Assembly (NCBI GenBank): GCA_026983835.1
Contig: JALSTH010000040.1
Span: 510-64,509, forward strand
DNA: 64,000 nucleotides
Direction: 5' to 3'
Origin: Candidatus Zixiibacteriota bacterium
GTDB taxonomy: Bacteria; Zixibacteria; MSB-5A5; UM-FILTER-46-8
In this document: one piece after another, positions 31,133 to 41,377 of the stretch
How the letters are laid out: each line of letters begins with the position of its first letter
Numbering within the stretch: the first letter of the stretch is position 1
Translations under genes and position numbers: made by a program
The notes under the pieces: generated by a model
Seen by the model: the letters and a program-made list of their open reading frames with translations, nothing else
Told to the model about the DNA's origin: nothing
The model's database searches: none

Positions 31133-31771
31133 TTAGAAAACTATTTCCGCGCTTGTTCTAAGTAAACCGCCGTTTCCTCCTCGCTTGGAACGGAAGTTTC
31201 TGTTTGACGATAGGGTATCTGCCCTATAAAAATCCCGCTTGAAATATGGGTATGAATCAGTCGGTTTCACCAAAAGATAACTATTCCCCTGCAAATCCTG
31301 AACTACTTTGATAACTTCGCCCGGATTGTCCAAAACCAAATCGGATTTATTGAAATCCGTACTTATTTTTTCCGGCGAGATACCCAAATCATCAGCCAAC
31401 TGCATTTTCAGATCGGGGGTGAAAATCGTCGAAGAAAACAAAAAACCCATTAAGATAACTGCTGCACTGACGGCAAAAGAAAATCCAAGCATCCATCGAG
31501 GCTTAACTCTCTCCTTGAGCTTAAAGGCTTCCCTTTTGCGTTGTTTATATTCGTATTGACTTATCGCCGTCAATACTCTCTCTTCCATATCATCGGGAGC
31601 CTTAAGGTTCCCCATTTCCGAGGCGGAATTCGCCACCCGTTGAAAAACCTCTAACCTTCGACGGCAAGCCGAACAGCCCTTCAGATGTTCGCTTACCTCA
31701 ACCTGTATATTTGGCGGCAGGGTATTATCCAAATACGCCGAGAGATTGCGGTATACCTTTCGACAATCCAT
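31133..31771 (-). CDS. Zinc-finger (HxxxCxxC) membrane anti-sigma factor
   Basis: MDC...LSAYLD...HLKGCSAC, one TM helix. Confidence 0.9.
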   Translation of the reverse strand: MDCRKVYRNLSAYLDNTLPPNIQVEVSEHLKGCSACRRRLEVFQRVANSASEMGNLKAPDDMEERVLTAISQYEYKQRKREAFKLKERVKPRWMLGFSFAVSAAVILMGFLFSSTIFTPDLKMQLADDLGISPEKISTDFNKSDLVLDNPGEVIKVVQDLQGNSYLLVKPTDSYPYFKRDFYRADTLSSNRNFRSKRGGNGGLLRTSAEIVF

Positions 31772-32336
31772 AATAACTCTCTCTTAATGGTAGTAGTTGT
31801 TCACGCAATATTGTCCGAGCACGGTTCAATCGCGATTTCACCGTTCCCACCGGAACCTTCATTATCTCAGCTATCTGATCGTAGGGAAGTTGTTGGATAT
31901 CCCGAAGGACAAAGGCGGTGCGGTATTCATCGCCTAATTTTTCCATCGCTTTTTCGATATAAGGCATCAGGTTCAAGTCCTTATAACCAACTTCGGGGAT
32001 GACTAAATCATCGCTCTGTGAACCGATACCCATCGAGATAAATTTCCACCTTCTACGCTTACGGTATTCGCTCCGCACCAAATTCGCCGCAATGGTATAA
32101 AGCCATGTGGAAAAGGCGTAATCGGGACGGTATCTTTTCCGCTCTTTATAAGCTCGCAGAAATGTCTCCTGCAGGATATCTTCAGCTTCCTGTTGTTCGG
32201 GAATCATCCTGAAAATAAAATTATAAAGCCGGTTTTTGTATTTGGTAACCAATTTGCTGAAAGCGTTTTGGTCACCCTCGGCGGTCAGCCTCATTAATGT
32301 TTTATCGTCCAAAATTGGATTATCCTCATTTTTCAT
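31725..32336 (-). CDS. ECF RNA polymerase sigma factor (RpoE/SigW-like)
   Basis: AEDILQETF, FSTWLYTIA, GTVKSRLNRAR. Confidence 0.95.
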   Translation of the reverse strand: MKNEDNPILDDKTLMRLTAEGDQNAFSKLVTKYKNRLYNFIFRMIPEQQEAEDILQETFLRAYKERKRYRPDYAFSTWLYTIAANLVRSEYRKRRRWKFISMGIGSQSDDLVIPEVGYKDLNLMPYIEKAMEKLGDEYRTAFVLRDIQQLPYDQIAEIMKVPVGTVKSRLNRARTILREQLLPLRESYYGLSKGIPQSLGVFG

Positions 32337-32660
32337 AATTTTACCTTTTTTAAGCTTTCTATTTTCATTTCTTTATACACAATCGGTTTATTATTGTTCC
32401 CGATTTATTAGAATCGAATAGAAACGATTTTTAAAAATTCTTTATTTCTCTCTTATTTCCCCCAAAAAACTGTTTGATAGATTGAATAGAAATTCCTTGC
32501 GCGATAAGAGGTTTTGTAATATTATAAAAATAAAGTATTAATAATCCAGGGGCTATTCTTTGCCAAACAGTTTTATAATAAAAAATTATTTCTCTTTAAT
32601 TGTTTAGGACAAAAGTTTTTTTTGATGGGTTTTTGTGATTATATTATTGGAGGTAAAAGA

Positions 32661-35417
32661 ATGAAAAAGTTATTTTTGTTCTCTCTTGTTTCGTTTATGG
32701 CGATCTACGGTATCGCTGCCGCTACCTTTGTCAGCGGCGATATTTCGGGAGGGTGGACTGCGGACAACAACCCATATCTTGTATTAGGGGATTTGCAGAT
32801 TCCTCAGGACTCAACACTGACCATTTATCCGGGAGTATCGATTTATTTTTTGGGGAATTATGAATTAAATGTGAATACTGCAGCTACTTTAGTAGCGCTG
32901 GGTAGCGAAAGCGATTCGATTACCTTCACTACTATCGACACTTCCGTAGTTTGGGGCGGCATAAAAATTCATTCGGCTGAAGCATATCTATCCTTTTGCC
33001 GCCTTAGAAACGGAAAAGCTACAGCATATAACCCCTATTCCGGTGGCGCTGTTTTTTGCGACCATTCTAATCTTCTCTTAACTAACTGCACAATCAACAA
33101 TCACATAGCGAGTTATAATGGCGGTGCAATATATTGCGTCTCCTCAAGTGTAGTAATAAGCAGTAGTATCATAAGCGGGAATTTGTCTTTTGCCGGCAGT
33201 GGTGGAGCAATTTGTTGTGATTCCTCAAGCATAGTCATATTTAATAATACTATCGACGAAAATTCTGCCGGTGAATATGGAGGGGGAATTTGCTGCGTGT
33301 ATTCTAGCGGAGAAATTAGCGAAAACAATATCATCAACAATACGGCCGATAACGCTGGCGGTGGAATTATTTGTTTTCATTCGGACCCGATCATAAGTAA
33401 TAATACCATCAATCATAATTCAGCCATTAATGGTGGTGGTATCAATTGCTGTGGCCATTCAGCCCCGACCGTGAGTGGAAACACTATCGGCAATAATTCA
33501 GCAGATAGCTCTGGTGCAGGAATTTACTGCAATTATTCGAGCCCGAGGATAAGCGATAATTTCATCGTGAACAATTCCATATCCGGTAACTATGGACTAT
33601 CTGGTAGTTATGGTGGCGGGATTTACTGCTATCATTCGAGCCCGAGAATAAACAATAATACTATTGCCAATAATTCTAATTCCGGTGATTATGGCGGAGG
33701 AATTTGTTGCGATTATTATTCTAATCCAAAGATATAATACAATACTATCAGGCATAATTCAGTCGCGAGTTACGGTGGTGGCATCTACTGTTATAGCTCC
33801 AACCCGGACATAAGCCAAAATACTATCGGTAACAATTCAGTCGGTATCGGTGGCTACGGTGGCGGTATTTACTGCTATGGCTCCAACCCGAACATAAGCC
33901 AAAATAATATTGATAACAATTCGGTCGGTATCGGTGGTTATGGTGGCGGTATCTACTGTTATGGCTCTAACCCGAGCATAAGCAAAAATAATATTGATAG
34001 CAATTCGGTCGGTATAAGTGGTTATGGAGGTGGTATCTATTGTAACTCTTCCAATCCGCCAATAAATGGAAACACTATTAAAAATAATGCTGCCGATTTA
34101 TCCGGTGGGGGGATTTACTGCAATTTCTCGAATGTTGAGATAAAGATGAACAAAATCAACAATAATTCCGCCGGGCTTTCCGGTGGGGGGATTTATTGCA
34201 ATTCTTCCCACCCGAGAATTGCCAAAAATACCATCGGCAGCAATTCAGCTTCTATTTCCGGTGGGGGGATTTTCTGCAAATCCTCCCAATCGACAATAAA
34301 TGGAAATGTTATCACCGGCAACAGAGCCGATTACTTCGGTGGCGGGCTTTATCTTATCTCTTCCAACCAAACGACAATGAGCAATAACACCATTAGCAAC
34401 AATACTGCCCATTTCTATGGTGGTGGACTTTACAGCTGTAATAATTCCGCTATAAAGGTTGTTAATACTATTTTGTGGGCTGACTCCTCCGCCCGCAACA
34501 GCGAAATCTATTTGGAAAACGATTCCATAGCTATATCTTTTTCCGATATACAGGGTGGATGGGAAGGTAGTTGGAATAATAATATGAACCCGTTATTTGT
34601 CGATCCTGAAAATGGGGATTATCATCTGCAGGAGGGTTCTCCCTGTATAGATGCCGGCGATCCGAACTCGCCCTTTGACCCGGATAGCACAATCTCCGAT
34701 ATGGGAGCGCTTTATTTCTATCAGGGTGGGGGGAATGGTATTTCTATCATAGCCGACCCCATCGATCCGCCGATTATCGTTTCCCAAGGCTCCAGTTTCA
34801 ATTATTACGGGTATCTCATTAACACGACAGATACGGATTTGACTACCGATGTTTGGTGCAGAACATTGATGCCTGATGGTTCTCTATCCGACACGATTCG
34901 CGTATGGAGCGAGGTGTCGGTGGCGGCTAATAGCACCATAGAGGATTTTATTGTTCAATATATTCCTACCTATGCCTCTCTGGGCGATTATTTATATATC
35001 ATTTATGACGGGGATTATCCGAATATTATGAATTCTGCTTATTTCCCCTTCACGGTTATTGCGGCTACCGAAGGATTAGCGGGGAGTGATCGTGGCTGGG
35101 AGGTAAGTGGGTGGGGAGGGAAAGCGGACGATATGGATGCTGTAAACATCCCTGCCAAATTAACCTTGAAGGACAACTATCCGAATCCGTTCAATGCGCA
35201 GACCACTATTACCTATCAACTGCCAAAAGCAGGCGATGTTTCCTTGGATATTTACAATCTAATGGGACAGAAGGTGGCTACGCTAGTCAACGGCAATGTT
35301 GAAGCTGGTTCACATACGGTTGTTTGGAATGCCGGCTATTATTCCAGTGGGATTTATTTCTATAAACTAACCGCCGGCAATAAAGTCTTCACCAAACGGA
35401 TGACACTGCTGAAATAG
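32661..35417 (+). pseudogene. Secreted right-handed beta-helix repeat protein with sorting domain, interrupted by one in-frame TAA (33735-33737)
   Basis: ATG 32661 after GGAGG; GGGIYC repeats continue in the same frame across the TAA and join ORF 34146..35417; SPCIDAGDP; NYPNPFN tail. Confidence 0.8.
33771..34022 (+). repeat. Three tandem 84-bp (28-aa) coding repeats
   Basis: Units start at 33771, 33855 and 33939: YGGGIYCY[SG]SNPxIS[QK]NxI[GD][NS]NSVGI[GS]G. Confidence 0.85.
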
Positions 35418-35424
35418 TAGTCCT

Positions 35425-35456
35425 TGTAAGGGCGGACATATAAGTCCGCCCTTACA
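35425..35456. terminator. Palindrome between convergent genes (terminator or REP-like)
   Basis: TGTAAGGGCGGAC-N6-GTCCGCCCTTACA, 13-bp perfect stem. Confidence 0.65.
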
Positions 35457-35531
35457 TAAATTACAATCCCTATTTAGAAGCATCTCACAAAAAAGAGATG
35501 GTTTCATTTTTATAAAAACAACATCTCCCTT

Positions 35532-36860
35532 CTATGGATTATTGTCCCTGCCCTCCGGAATAATTTTAGTAGCCTTAAAACGGCGGATACGATTACCCTG
35601 TTGTTCGGTGACAACAAACTTATACCCCCCCAATTCGACCTCTTCTCCAATTTTAGGGAGCCTCCCAAGTGCATTAACCACCACACCCGCAATAGTATTC
35701 GCATCTTCAGGCAATTCAGCCTCAAACTCTTCGTTAAAATCTTCAGCCGACATATGCGCCGCTACGGATAAAGATCCATCCGCCTTAACACTCCATTCCT
35801 CAGGTTCAGTATCATATTCATCCTTTATCTCACCGACAATCTCCTCAATAATATCCTCGAGGGTCACCAAACCGGCAGTCCCACCAAACTCATCCAAAAC
35901 AATCGCCATATGACTTTGGTTCCGTTGGAAATCCCGCAACAGCTCCGATAGGGGCTTTGAGTCGGGGATAAAATAAACCTCCCTCATTATATCCTTGACA
36001 ATCACTAAGTTTTTCTCCCTCAATATCCCGATAACATCCCTCGCATGGATAACCCCCTGAATATTATCCAATGATTCTTTGTAAACCGGAAAGCGGGAAA
36101 AACTCGATTCGGTTATGATGCTTACAACCTCCTCCGAAGAAGCTTCCAAAGGGATCCCCTCGATTTCGGTACGAGGGGTCATAACCTGATGCGCAAGCGT
36201 ATTTGCGAAATCGAAGACCCCGTCTATCAACTCTCGCTCGGTCTTATTAAAAGTCCCCCTCTGCAAACCTTCCGCCAAAAGATGCTTGACTTCCTCTTCG
36301 GTAATGGGTGTTTGCCCTTTATTTTTGATATTGACTCCCATAAGGCGAAGAAAGAAATTGGTTGAGGAAGTAAGGATAAAGATAAGCGGCATTGAAAATT
36401 TCAAGGAATAATAAGTCCACGAGGCAGCTATCAAAGCTATTTTTTCCGAAAAACGGATAGCTAAAGCTTTAGGTACCAATTCGGCAAGGACTAAAAACAG
36501 ATATGAAATAACGACTATGACAATCGTTAAAGCGATACTTTCCGCCGCCGCTTCGGATTCGCCGAAGGGCAGACGATAAATAACTGGTTTAAGCAACTGC
36601 ACAGCTATCGCCCCACCCATAGCGGATGCCGCCGAAGCGGTAACCGTCATCCCGACCTGAACAATGGCAAAAAACCTGTCCGGATTATCCAAAAGCCTTT
36701 CCACGAATCGGGCTTTTTTACCGACCCCACCCTTTTCTTTCGACAACTGCGCTATACGGCTTCTTCGGACGGCAATAACCGCAATTTCCGAAGCGGCAAA
36801 AAATCCGGATAGAAATATCAAAACAAAAATCAGGAGAACTTCCAACCAAAAGGTTAACAT
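35532..36860 (-). CDS. CNNM/CBS/CorC 'hemolysin family' transporter
   Basis: FFAASEIA, ELVPK, VMTPR, FSRFPVY, LDEFGGTAGLVTLED. Confidence 0.95.
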   Translation of the reverse strand: MLTFWLEVLLIFVLIFLSGFFAASEIAVIAVRRSRIAQLSKEKGGVGKKARFVERLLDNPDRFFAIVQVGMTVTASAASAMGGAIAVQLLKPVIYRLPFGESEAAAESIALTIVIVVISYLFLVLAELVPKALAIRFSEKIALIAASWTYYSLKFSMPLIFILTSSTNFFLRLMGVNIKNKGQTPITEEEVKHLLAEGLQRGTFNKTERELIDGVFDFANTLAHQVMTPRTEIEGIPLEASSEEVVSIITESSFSRFPVYKESLDNIQGVIHARDVIGILREKNLVIVKDIMREVYFIPDSKPLSELLRDFQRNQSHMAIVLDEFGGTAGLVTLEDIIEEIVGEIKDEYDTEPEEWSVKADGSLSVAAHMSAEDFNEEFEAELPEDANTIAGVVVNALGRLPKIGEEVELGGYKFVVTEQQGNRIRRFKATKIIPEGRDNNP

Positions 36861-36967
36861 AGGGAAGCACTCCCATACTGGCAGAGAATTAAACGCCGAT
36901 TTCTACTCGGAGGGTTTTCCGCCGAGTCATCTTTCGCGTTGGAACTATCTTCCATCAAAAAAATCCA

Positions 36968-37819
36968 TCAATAGGAACCCCTCGCCATCGCCTTGAGACG
37001 CTTAATTCTTTCCTCCATCGGCGGGTGCGTACTGAACAAGTTGGTTAATCCCTTCCCCGAAAGAGGATTTACAATAAACAGATGCGCTGTTTCGGGACGA
37101 GCTTTTGCCATCGGAATCCTTTTGGAAATTGAATCCAATTTAAGAAGCGCCTCGGCTAAGGCAAGAGGTTTATGAGAAATCTTCGCTCCCCCGGCATCCG
37201 CCGCGAACTCCCTGCTTCGGGAAATAGCCAATTGTATCAGCATAGCCGCAATTGGGGCAAGGATCGCCATAAAAAGAAGTCCCATTCCTCCCATACCTTC
37301 ATCATCATCCCTACCCCCACCGAAAAACGCCGCCCAACGAGCCATAAACGCCAACATTGAAATAGCTCCGGCGACAGTGGCGACTACCGTCCCGATAAGA
37401 ATATCCCTATGGACTATATGCGCCATCTCATGGGAAATAACCCCTTCCAATTCATCACGGTCGAGTATTCGTAAAATTCCTTCCGTGGCGGCGACTGCGG
37501 CATGGGAGGGATTCCTCCCAGTGGCGAAAGCATTAGGCGATTCGTTTGGGATTATATAAACCTTCGGCATTGGAATCTTTGCCTTTGTCGCCATATCCCT
37601 GACCACATCGTAGAGGATGTTATTATCGCTTTGTTTGACCTCTTTGGCGTGATACATCGCCAAAACTATTTTATCGGACCACCAATAAGAAGTAAAATTC
37701 ATAATCAGGGCGAATACAAAGGCGATAATCATCCCGTTAGGACCGCCAATAGCCCTGCCCATAAATATCAATATAAATGTCAATAGTGTAAGCAATAAAA
37801 CTGTTTTAATCGTATTCAA
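36968..37819 (-). CDS. htpX: Zinc metalloprotease HtpX
   Basis: [26 protein letters not shown]. Confidence 0.97.
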   Translation of the reverse strand: MNTIKTVLLLTLLTFILIFMGRAIGGPNGMIIAFVFALIMNFTSYWWSDKIVLAMYHAKEVKQSDNNILYDVVRDMATKAKIPMPKVYIIPNESPNAFATGRNPSHAAVAATEGILRILDRDELEGVISHEMAHIVHRDILIGTVVATVAGAISMLAFMARWAAFFGGGRDDDEGMGGMGLLFMAILAPIAAMLIQLAISRSREFAADAGGAKISHKPLALAEALLKLDSISKRIPMAKARPETAHLFIVNPLSGKGLTNLFSTHPPMEERIKRLKAMARGSY

Positions 37820-38067
37820 TTAAACACCTCTTAATATTTGGATAAACCTGATATGCTATTATTACGGTTAATCCGCATATTTGTTTCTATCGAATCAAGA
37901 TAATATTATATAATAATAAGCAAATTGTCAAGCTCGACAAGAGATGATTTTGATTATCGCTCTTAAGCTTATAAAGTCGATTCCTTTTGCGATGGTGGGA
38001 ATATGAATCTTTCGCCTTTGACGAAATTATAACCCGAGGAGCAACTCCACCATAATCCGTCGGATAC

Positions 38068-38553
38068 CTATCCCACTATTCGCCGAAACAATGGTGATTC
38101 CCCAAAATATACATCAGGGTTTATATGCGCAGGAGCATTGAAATCTATTACCACAGTAGTATCTATTTTTGATTTCTCGACCATTATATCACCCTCAAGC
38201 ACCAACCCCCTGCTGATGATTTCTATCGTGGAATCCGAACTATTATACTTTCCCCACGAGATTTTATAAAGCGAACCATTCAAATGAAAAAACGGCGGCA
38301 GCTTACCGGCACTGGTTATTCTATTCGTTTCGATATAAAATTTGGCGACTTCGACGCCCGCATAAGAGGCGACATAGCTGTCTCTGATATTATTCGGAGA
38401 GGCTTTCTCGATCGCTAATTTTTTCGCCGACAAGATAGTGGATAAACTTCCAATGGTCATTCCCACAAACACCAGCGCTAATATAATGTAAAGGATATTA
38501 TTAGCTCTTTTCGATTCCATATACTTCCCTTTTGCGTAAATTGTGAAACTCAA
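38068..38553 (-). CDS. Hypothetical protein with N-terminal TM helix (weakly PilX-like N-terminus)
   Basis: One TM helix followed by SYVASYAGVEVAK; function unclear. Confidence 0.55.
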   Translation of the reverse strand: MSFTIYAKGKYMESKRANNILYIILALVFVGMTIGSLSTILSAKKLAIEKASPNNIRDSYVASYAGVEVAKFYIETNRITSAGKLPPFFHLNGSLYKISWGKYNSSDSTIEIISRGLVLEGDIMVEKSKIDTTVVIDFNAPAHINPDVYFGESPLFRRIVG

Positions 38554-38758
38554 TGCAGATCATTGCGCCGACGCCAATCAATAACTCCTTATCATTCTTA
38601 CTGTTAGCGACCCCAAAATTTGTCATCCGCAACATATAAACCGCAAACGATATTCCGTGCAAAGAGAAATATATAAATTGCTATTCTGTTGATTATTAAA
38701 CAGTTAGACTGGTAAATCGGATAAATAACCGTTGAAAGTGGAATTTATGATGGATGTT

Positions 38759-39502
38759 TTATTCCAAATCGTCCCGCTTGACTATTCCCGAAAAAAACGG
38801 GAATATATTTATCTCCGGAATGTTGAGATACATCGGAGTTGAGGCAACGGAAACGATTTGTTCGGCTACATCTCGAGGTTCGATTATTCTCATTCGCTGA
38901 TCATCATCCCCTATAGTTTCACCCGCCGAATTAATCCTATGCGGATAAACGGAGGTTATCCTGATTTTGTATTGCCGTAACTCCTCCGACAACGATTCCG
39001 CCAAACCTCGCAATCCAAATTTGGAAGCCGCATAAGCCGAAGCATCTTTCAATCCTATCTTTCCGCCGATTGAATTAATGAAAAATATATGGGCTCCCAT
39101 TGAATTTTTCAAAAACGGAAGAAAATATTTGCAGATATAAAAGGCTCCGGAAAGGTTCAATCTTATCGAAAACTCCCAATCCTCATCCGAAAAGCTCTCA
39201 ATAGGCCCGCTTAGGAATCCCCCCGCATTATTCACTAAAATATCAATTTTATCGTAATAGCTTCGGATTTTATCCACCCCCCGCTTGACCGAAGCGGGAT
39301 CGGTAATATCTATTTGCATAGGGAGAGATTGGACGCCTTTCGTCGATAATTCTTTCGATTCCTTTTTTAGCGATTCCAAACTCCGCCCTATAATTATCAG
39401 TCTGGCGCCGGATTCGGCGAATGCCTCCGTAATCGCTTTCCCCAATCCCTTTGCTCCGCCGGTTATGGCGACGGTTTTATCCGATAGGCGTTTATTGTCC
39501 AT
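38759..39502 (-). CDS. SDR oxidoreductase (candidate sepiapterin-reductase-like)
   Basis: TGGAKGLG, NNAG, YAASK; directly downstream of folE2 and PTPS. Confidence 0.88.
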   Translation of the reverse strand: MDNKRLSDKTVAITGGAKGLGKAITEAFAESGARLIIIGRSLESLKKESKELSTKGVQSLPMQIDITDPASVKRGVDKIRSYYDKIDILVNNAGGFLSGPIESFSDEDWEFSIRLNLSGAFYICKYFLPFLKNSMGAHIFFINSIGGKIGLKDASAYAASKFGLRGLAESLSEELRQYKIRITSVYPHRINSAGETIGDDDQRMRIIEPRDVAEQIVSVASTPMYLNIPEINIFPFFSGIVKRDDLE

Positions 39503-39513
39503 AGTTAACCCAA

Positions 39514-40359
39514 TTAATCGGCATCCTCTATAGTAAAGATATTATTTTCGGCTGGGACAATCAAACTTAATTTTTCCGATTCGACCCTCTTATCCCGTTC
39601 GATAAAGGCATAAGCGTTATGATTATGGATGGATTCCAAATTCTCGGATTCCACATAGAACCAACTTATCCGCTCATCCTCCATAAGCTTTATCGTAATC
39701 GACCTGACCACATCCTCCACAAAAGAAGGGTTGTCATATGCCTTCTCGGTTAGGAATTTTTCGTCCTCCCTTTTAAGCAAAGAATAAATCTCGGCGGATG
39801 CGCAGGATTCCACTGTCTCGATCATTTCCTCCAACCAGATAAAATCTTTCGCCCGATAGGAAAGCTTGACAATACTCCTTTGATTATGGGCTCCGTATTC
39901 CGAAATTTCTTTCGAGCAAGGACAGAGCGTAGTAATCGGAACTTCCACCTCAACGACAATGTCGATTTTATTATCACCGTTAATCGCCCCCTTGAAACTG
40001 CAACGGTAATCCAAAAGACCTTCCGAACGACTTACAGGCGCTTTCTTGGAAATAAAATAAGGGAAATAAAATTCGAGATGAGCGCTGTTTGCATTTAACT
40101 TATTTTTGATATACTTCAATATTTCATCAAAATGTTTAATATCGATTTCGCCGTGATAGATATTCAAAACCTCTACAAAACGGCTCATATGCGTTCCCTT
40201 AAAATGTCTCGGCAAATCCACATACATATTGATTTCAGCAACCGTATGCTGCATTTTATTAGATCTATCACGCACCGTAATCGGATATCTTATATTCTTT
40301 ATGCCAACCCTGTCTATATCTATATTACGATTATCCAACCTGTTTTGCACATCTATCAT
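39514..40359 (-). CDS. folE2: GTP cyclohydrolase I type 2
   Basis: KGTHMSRF, LCPCSKEIS, AHNQRS, ESIHNH. Confidence 0.96.
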   Translation of the reverse strand: MIDVQNRLDNRNIDIDRVGIKNIRYPITVRDRSNKMQHTVAEINMYVDLPRHFKGTHMSRFVEVLNIYHGEIDIKHFDEILKYIKNKLNANSAHLEFYFPYFISKKAPVSRSEGLLDYRCSFKGAINGDNKIDIVVEVEVPITTLCPCSKEISEYGAHNQRSIVKLSYRAKDFIWLEEMIETVESCASAEIYSLLKREDEKFLTEKAYDNPSFVEDVVRSITIKLMEDERISWFYVESENLESIHNHNAYAFIERDKRVESEKLSLIVPAENNIFTIEDAD

Positions 40360-40360
40360 T

Positions 40361-40774
40361 TTATGCTCTCCTAACAGCGGCGCTGTTTTTGGTAGTTTCG
40401 ATTATTCTTACCTCCTGCAGCATATTATTCGGCAGTTGGTCATCCAATATATCGAAGAAAACGGACGCTAAATTCTCGGCGGTGGGGATAACAGCCTTCA
40501 GGAAAGGGACATCGGAGTTTAGATTTTTATGATCGACTTTATCGATAATCTCACGGCGGATAATTGATTTCAGCTCCGAAAGACTAAAAACCATTCCCGT
40601 TTTCGAATCAGGAATGCCTTTTAAGGTAACGATTAAGGTATAATTATGCCCATGCCCGCCTAAGTTGGCGCACTTGCCATAAGTATTCTCATTTTCTTCC
40701 GCAGAAAGCTTTTCCGAATATAACCTGTGAGATGCCGAAAAATTTTCGGTTCTTGAAATGGTAATTATTTTCAT
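40361..40774 (-). CDS. 6-pyruvoyl-tetrahydropterin synthase family protein
   Basis: FSASHRL, CANLGGHGHNY, DHKNLN, PTAEN, ETTKN. Confidence 0.92.
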   Translation of the reverse strand: MKIITISRTENFSASHRLYSEKLSAEENENTYGKCANLGGHGHNYTLIVTLKGIPDSKTGMVFSLSELKSIIRREIIDKVDHKNLNSDVPFLKAVIPTAENLASVFFDILDDQLPNNMLQEVRIIETTKNSAAVRRA

Positions 40775-40882
40775 AATAAATGAAACCCTCTCATCGACCC
40801 AAATAGTTCCCGCTTTTCATAATCCGTTGTGTTGCAATCAAGCGTCATTTCTTAAATATTTTATAAAATGTATATTGCCTAC

Positions 40883-41377
40883 TTAAAAGAACAGGGAGAA
40901 TACGCCCATCGTGATGGAGGTTACTATCGTTGCTGAAATCAAAAGGCCCAATGCGATTCCTATCATCGCCTTTCTGCTCGGGATACCGAAAATAAACGCC
41001 GCCAGTGTCCCCGTCCAAGCGCCTGTTATCGGCAGCGGTATCCCCACAAAAATCGCCAAGCCCCAAAAACCATATTTATCCACCGCCTTTGCCCTCTTGC
41101 GGGTGCGTTGCAGAAACCAATCAGCAATTCGTTTGGTAAGGGGAAATCTCTCCGCCAACTTCAACATCTCCTCCATAAAAAGCAACAACGGTAAAGCCGG
41201 GATGAAATTCCCCAAAACCGAAGCGATATATGCCTGATGCCAACTCATTTTGCCGTAGGTAATAGCCCAAGGGATCGACCCGCGGAGTTCGGTAATCGGC
41301 AACATAGCCATAAGAAAAGTCGCCCACCAGGTAGGTATGCCCGCAAAATAATGGGCTATCTGTTGAGCATCCATCAA
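40883..41377 (-). CDS. COG2426 'small multidrug export' membrane protein
   Basis: PITELRGSIP, FVGIPLPITGAWTG. Confidence 0.9.
   Translation of the reverse strand: MMDAQQIAHYFAGIPTWWATFLMAMLPITELRGSIPWAITYGKMSWHQAYIASVLGNFIPALPLLLFMEEMLKLAERFPLTKRIADWFLQRTRKRAKAVDKYGFWGLAIFVGIPLPITGAWTGTLAAFIFGIPSRKAMIGIALGLLISATIVTSITMGVFSLFF

Noticed and set aside
33735..33737. Recoding (Sec/Pyl) at the internal stop of the beta-helix gene
   Set aside because: The codon is TAA, at a non-conserved repeat position, with no recoding signal seen.
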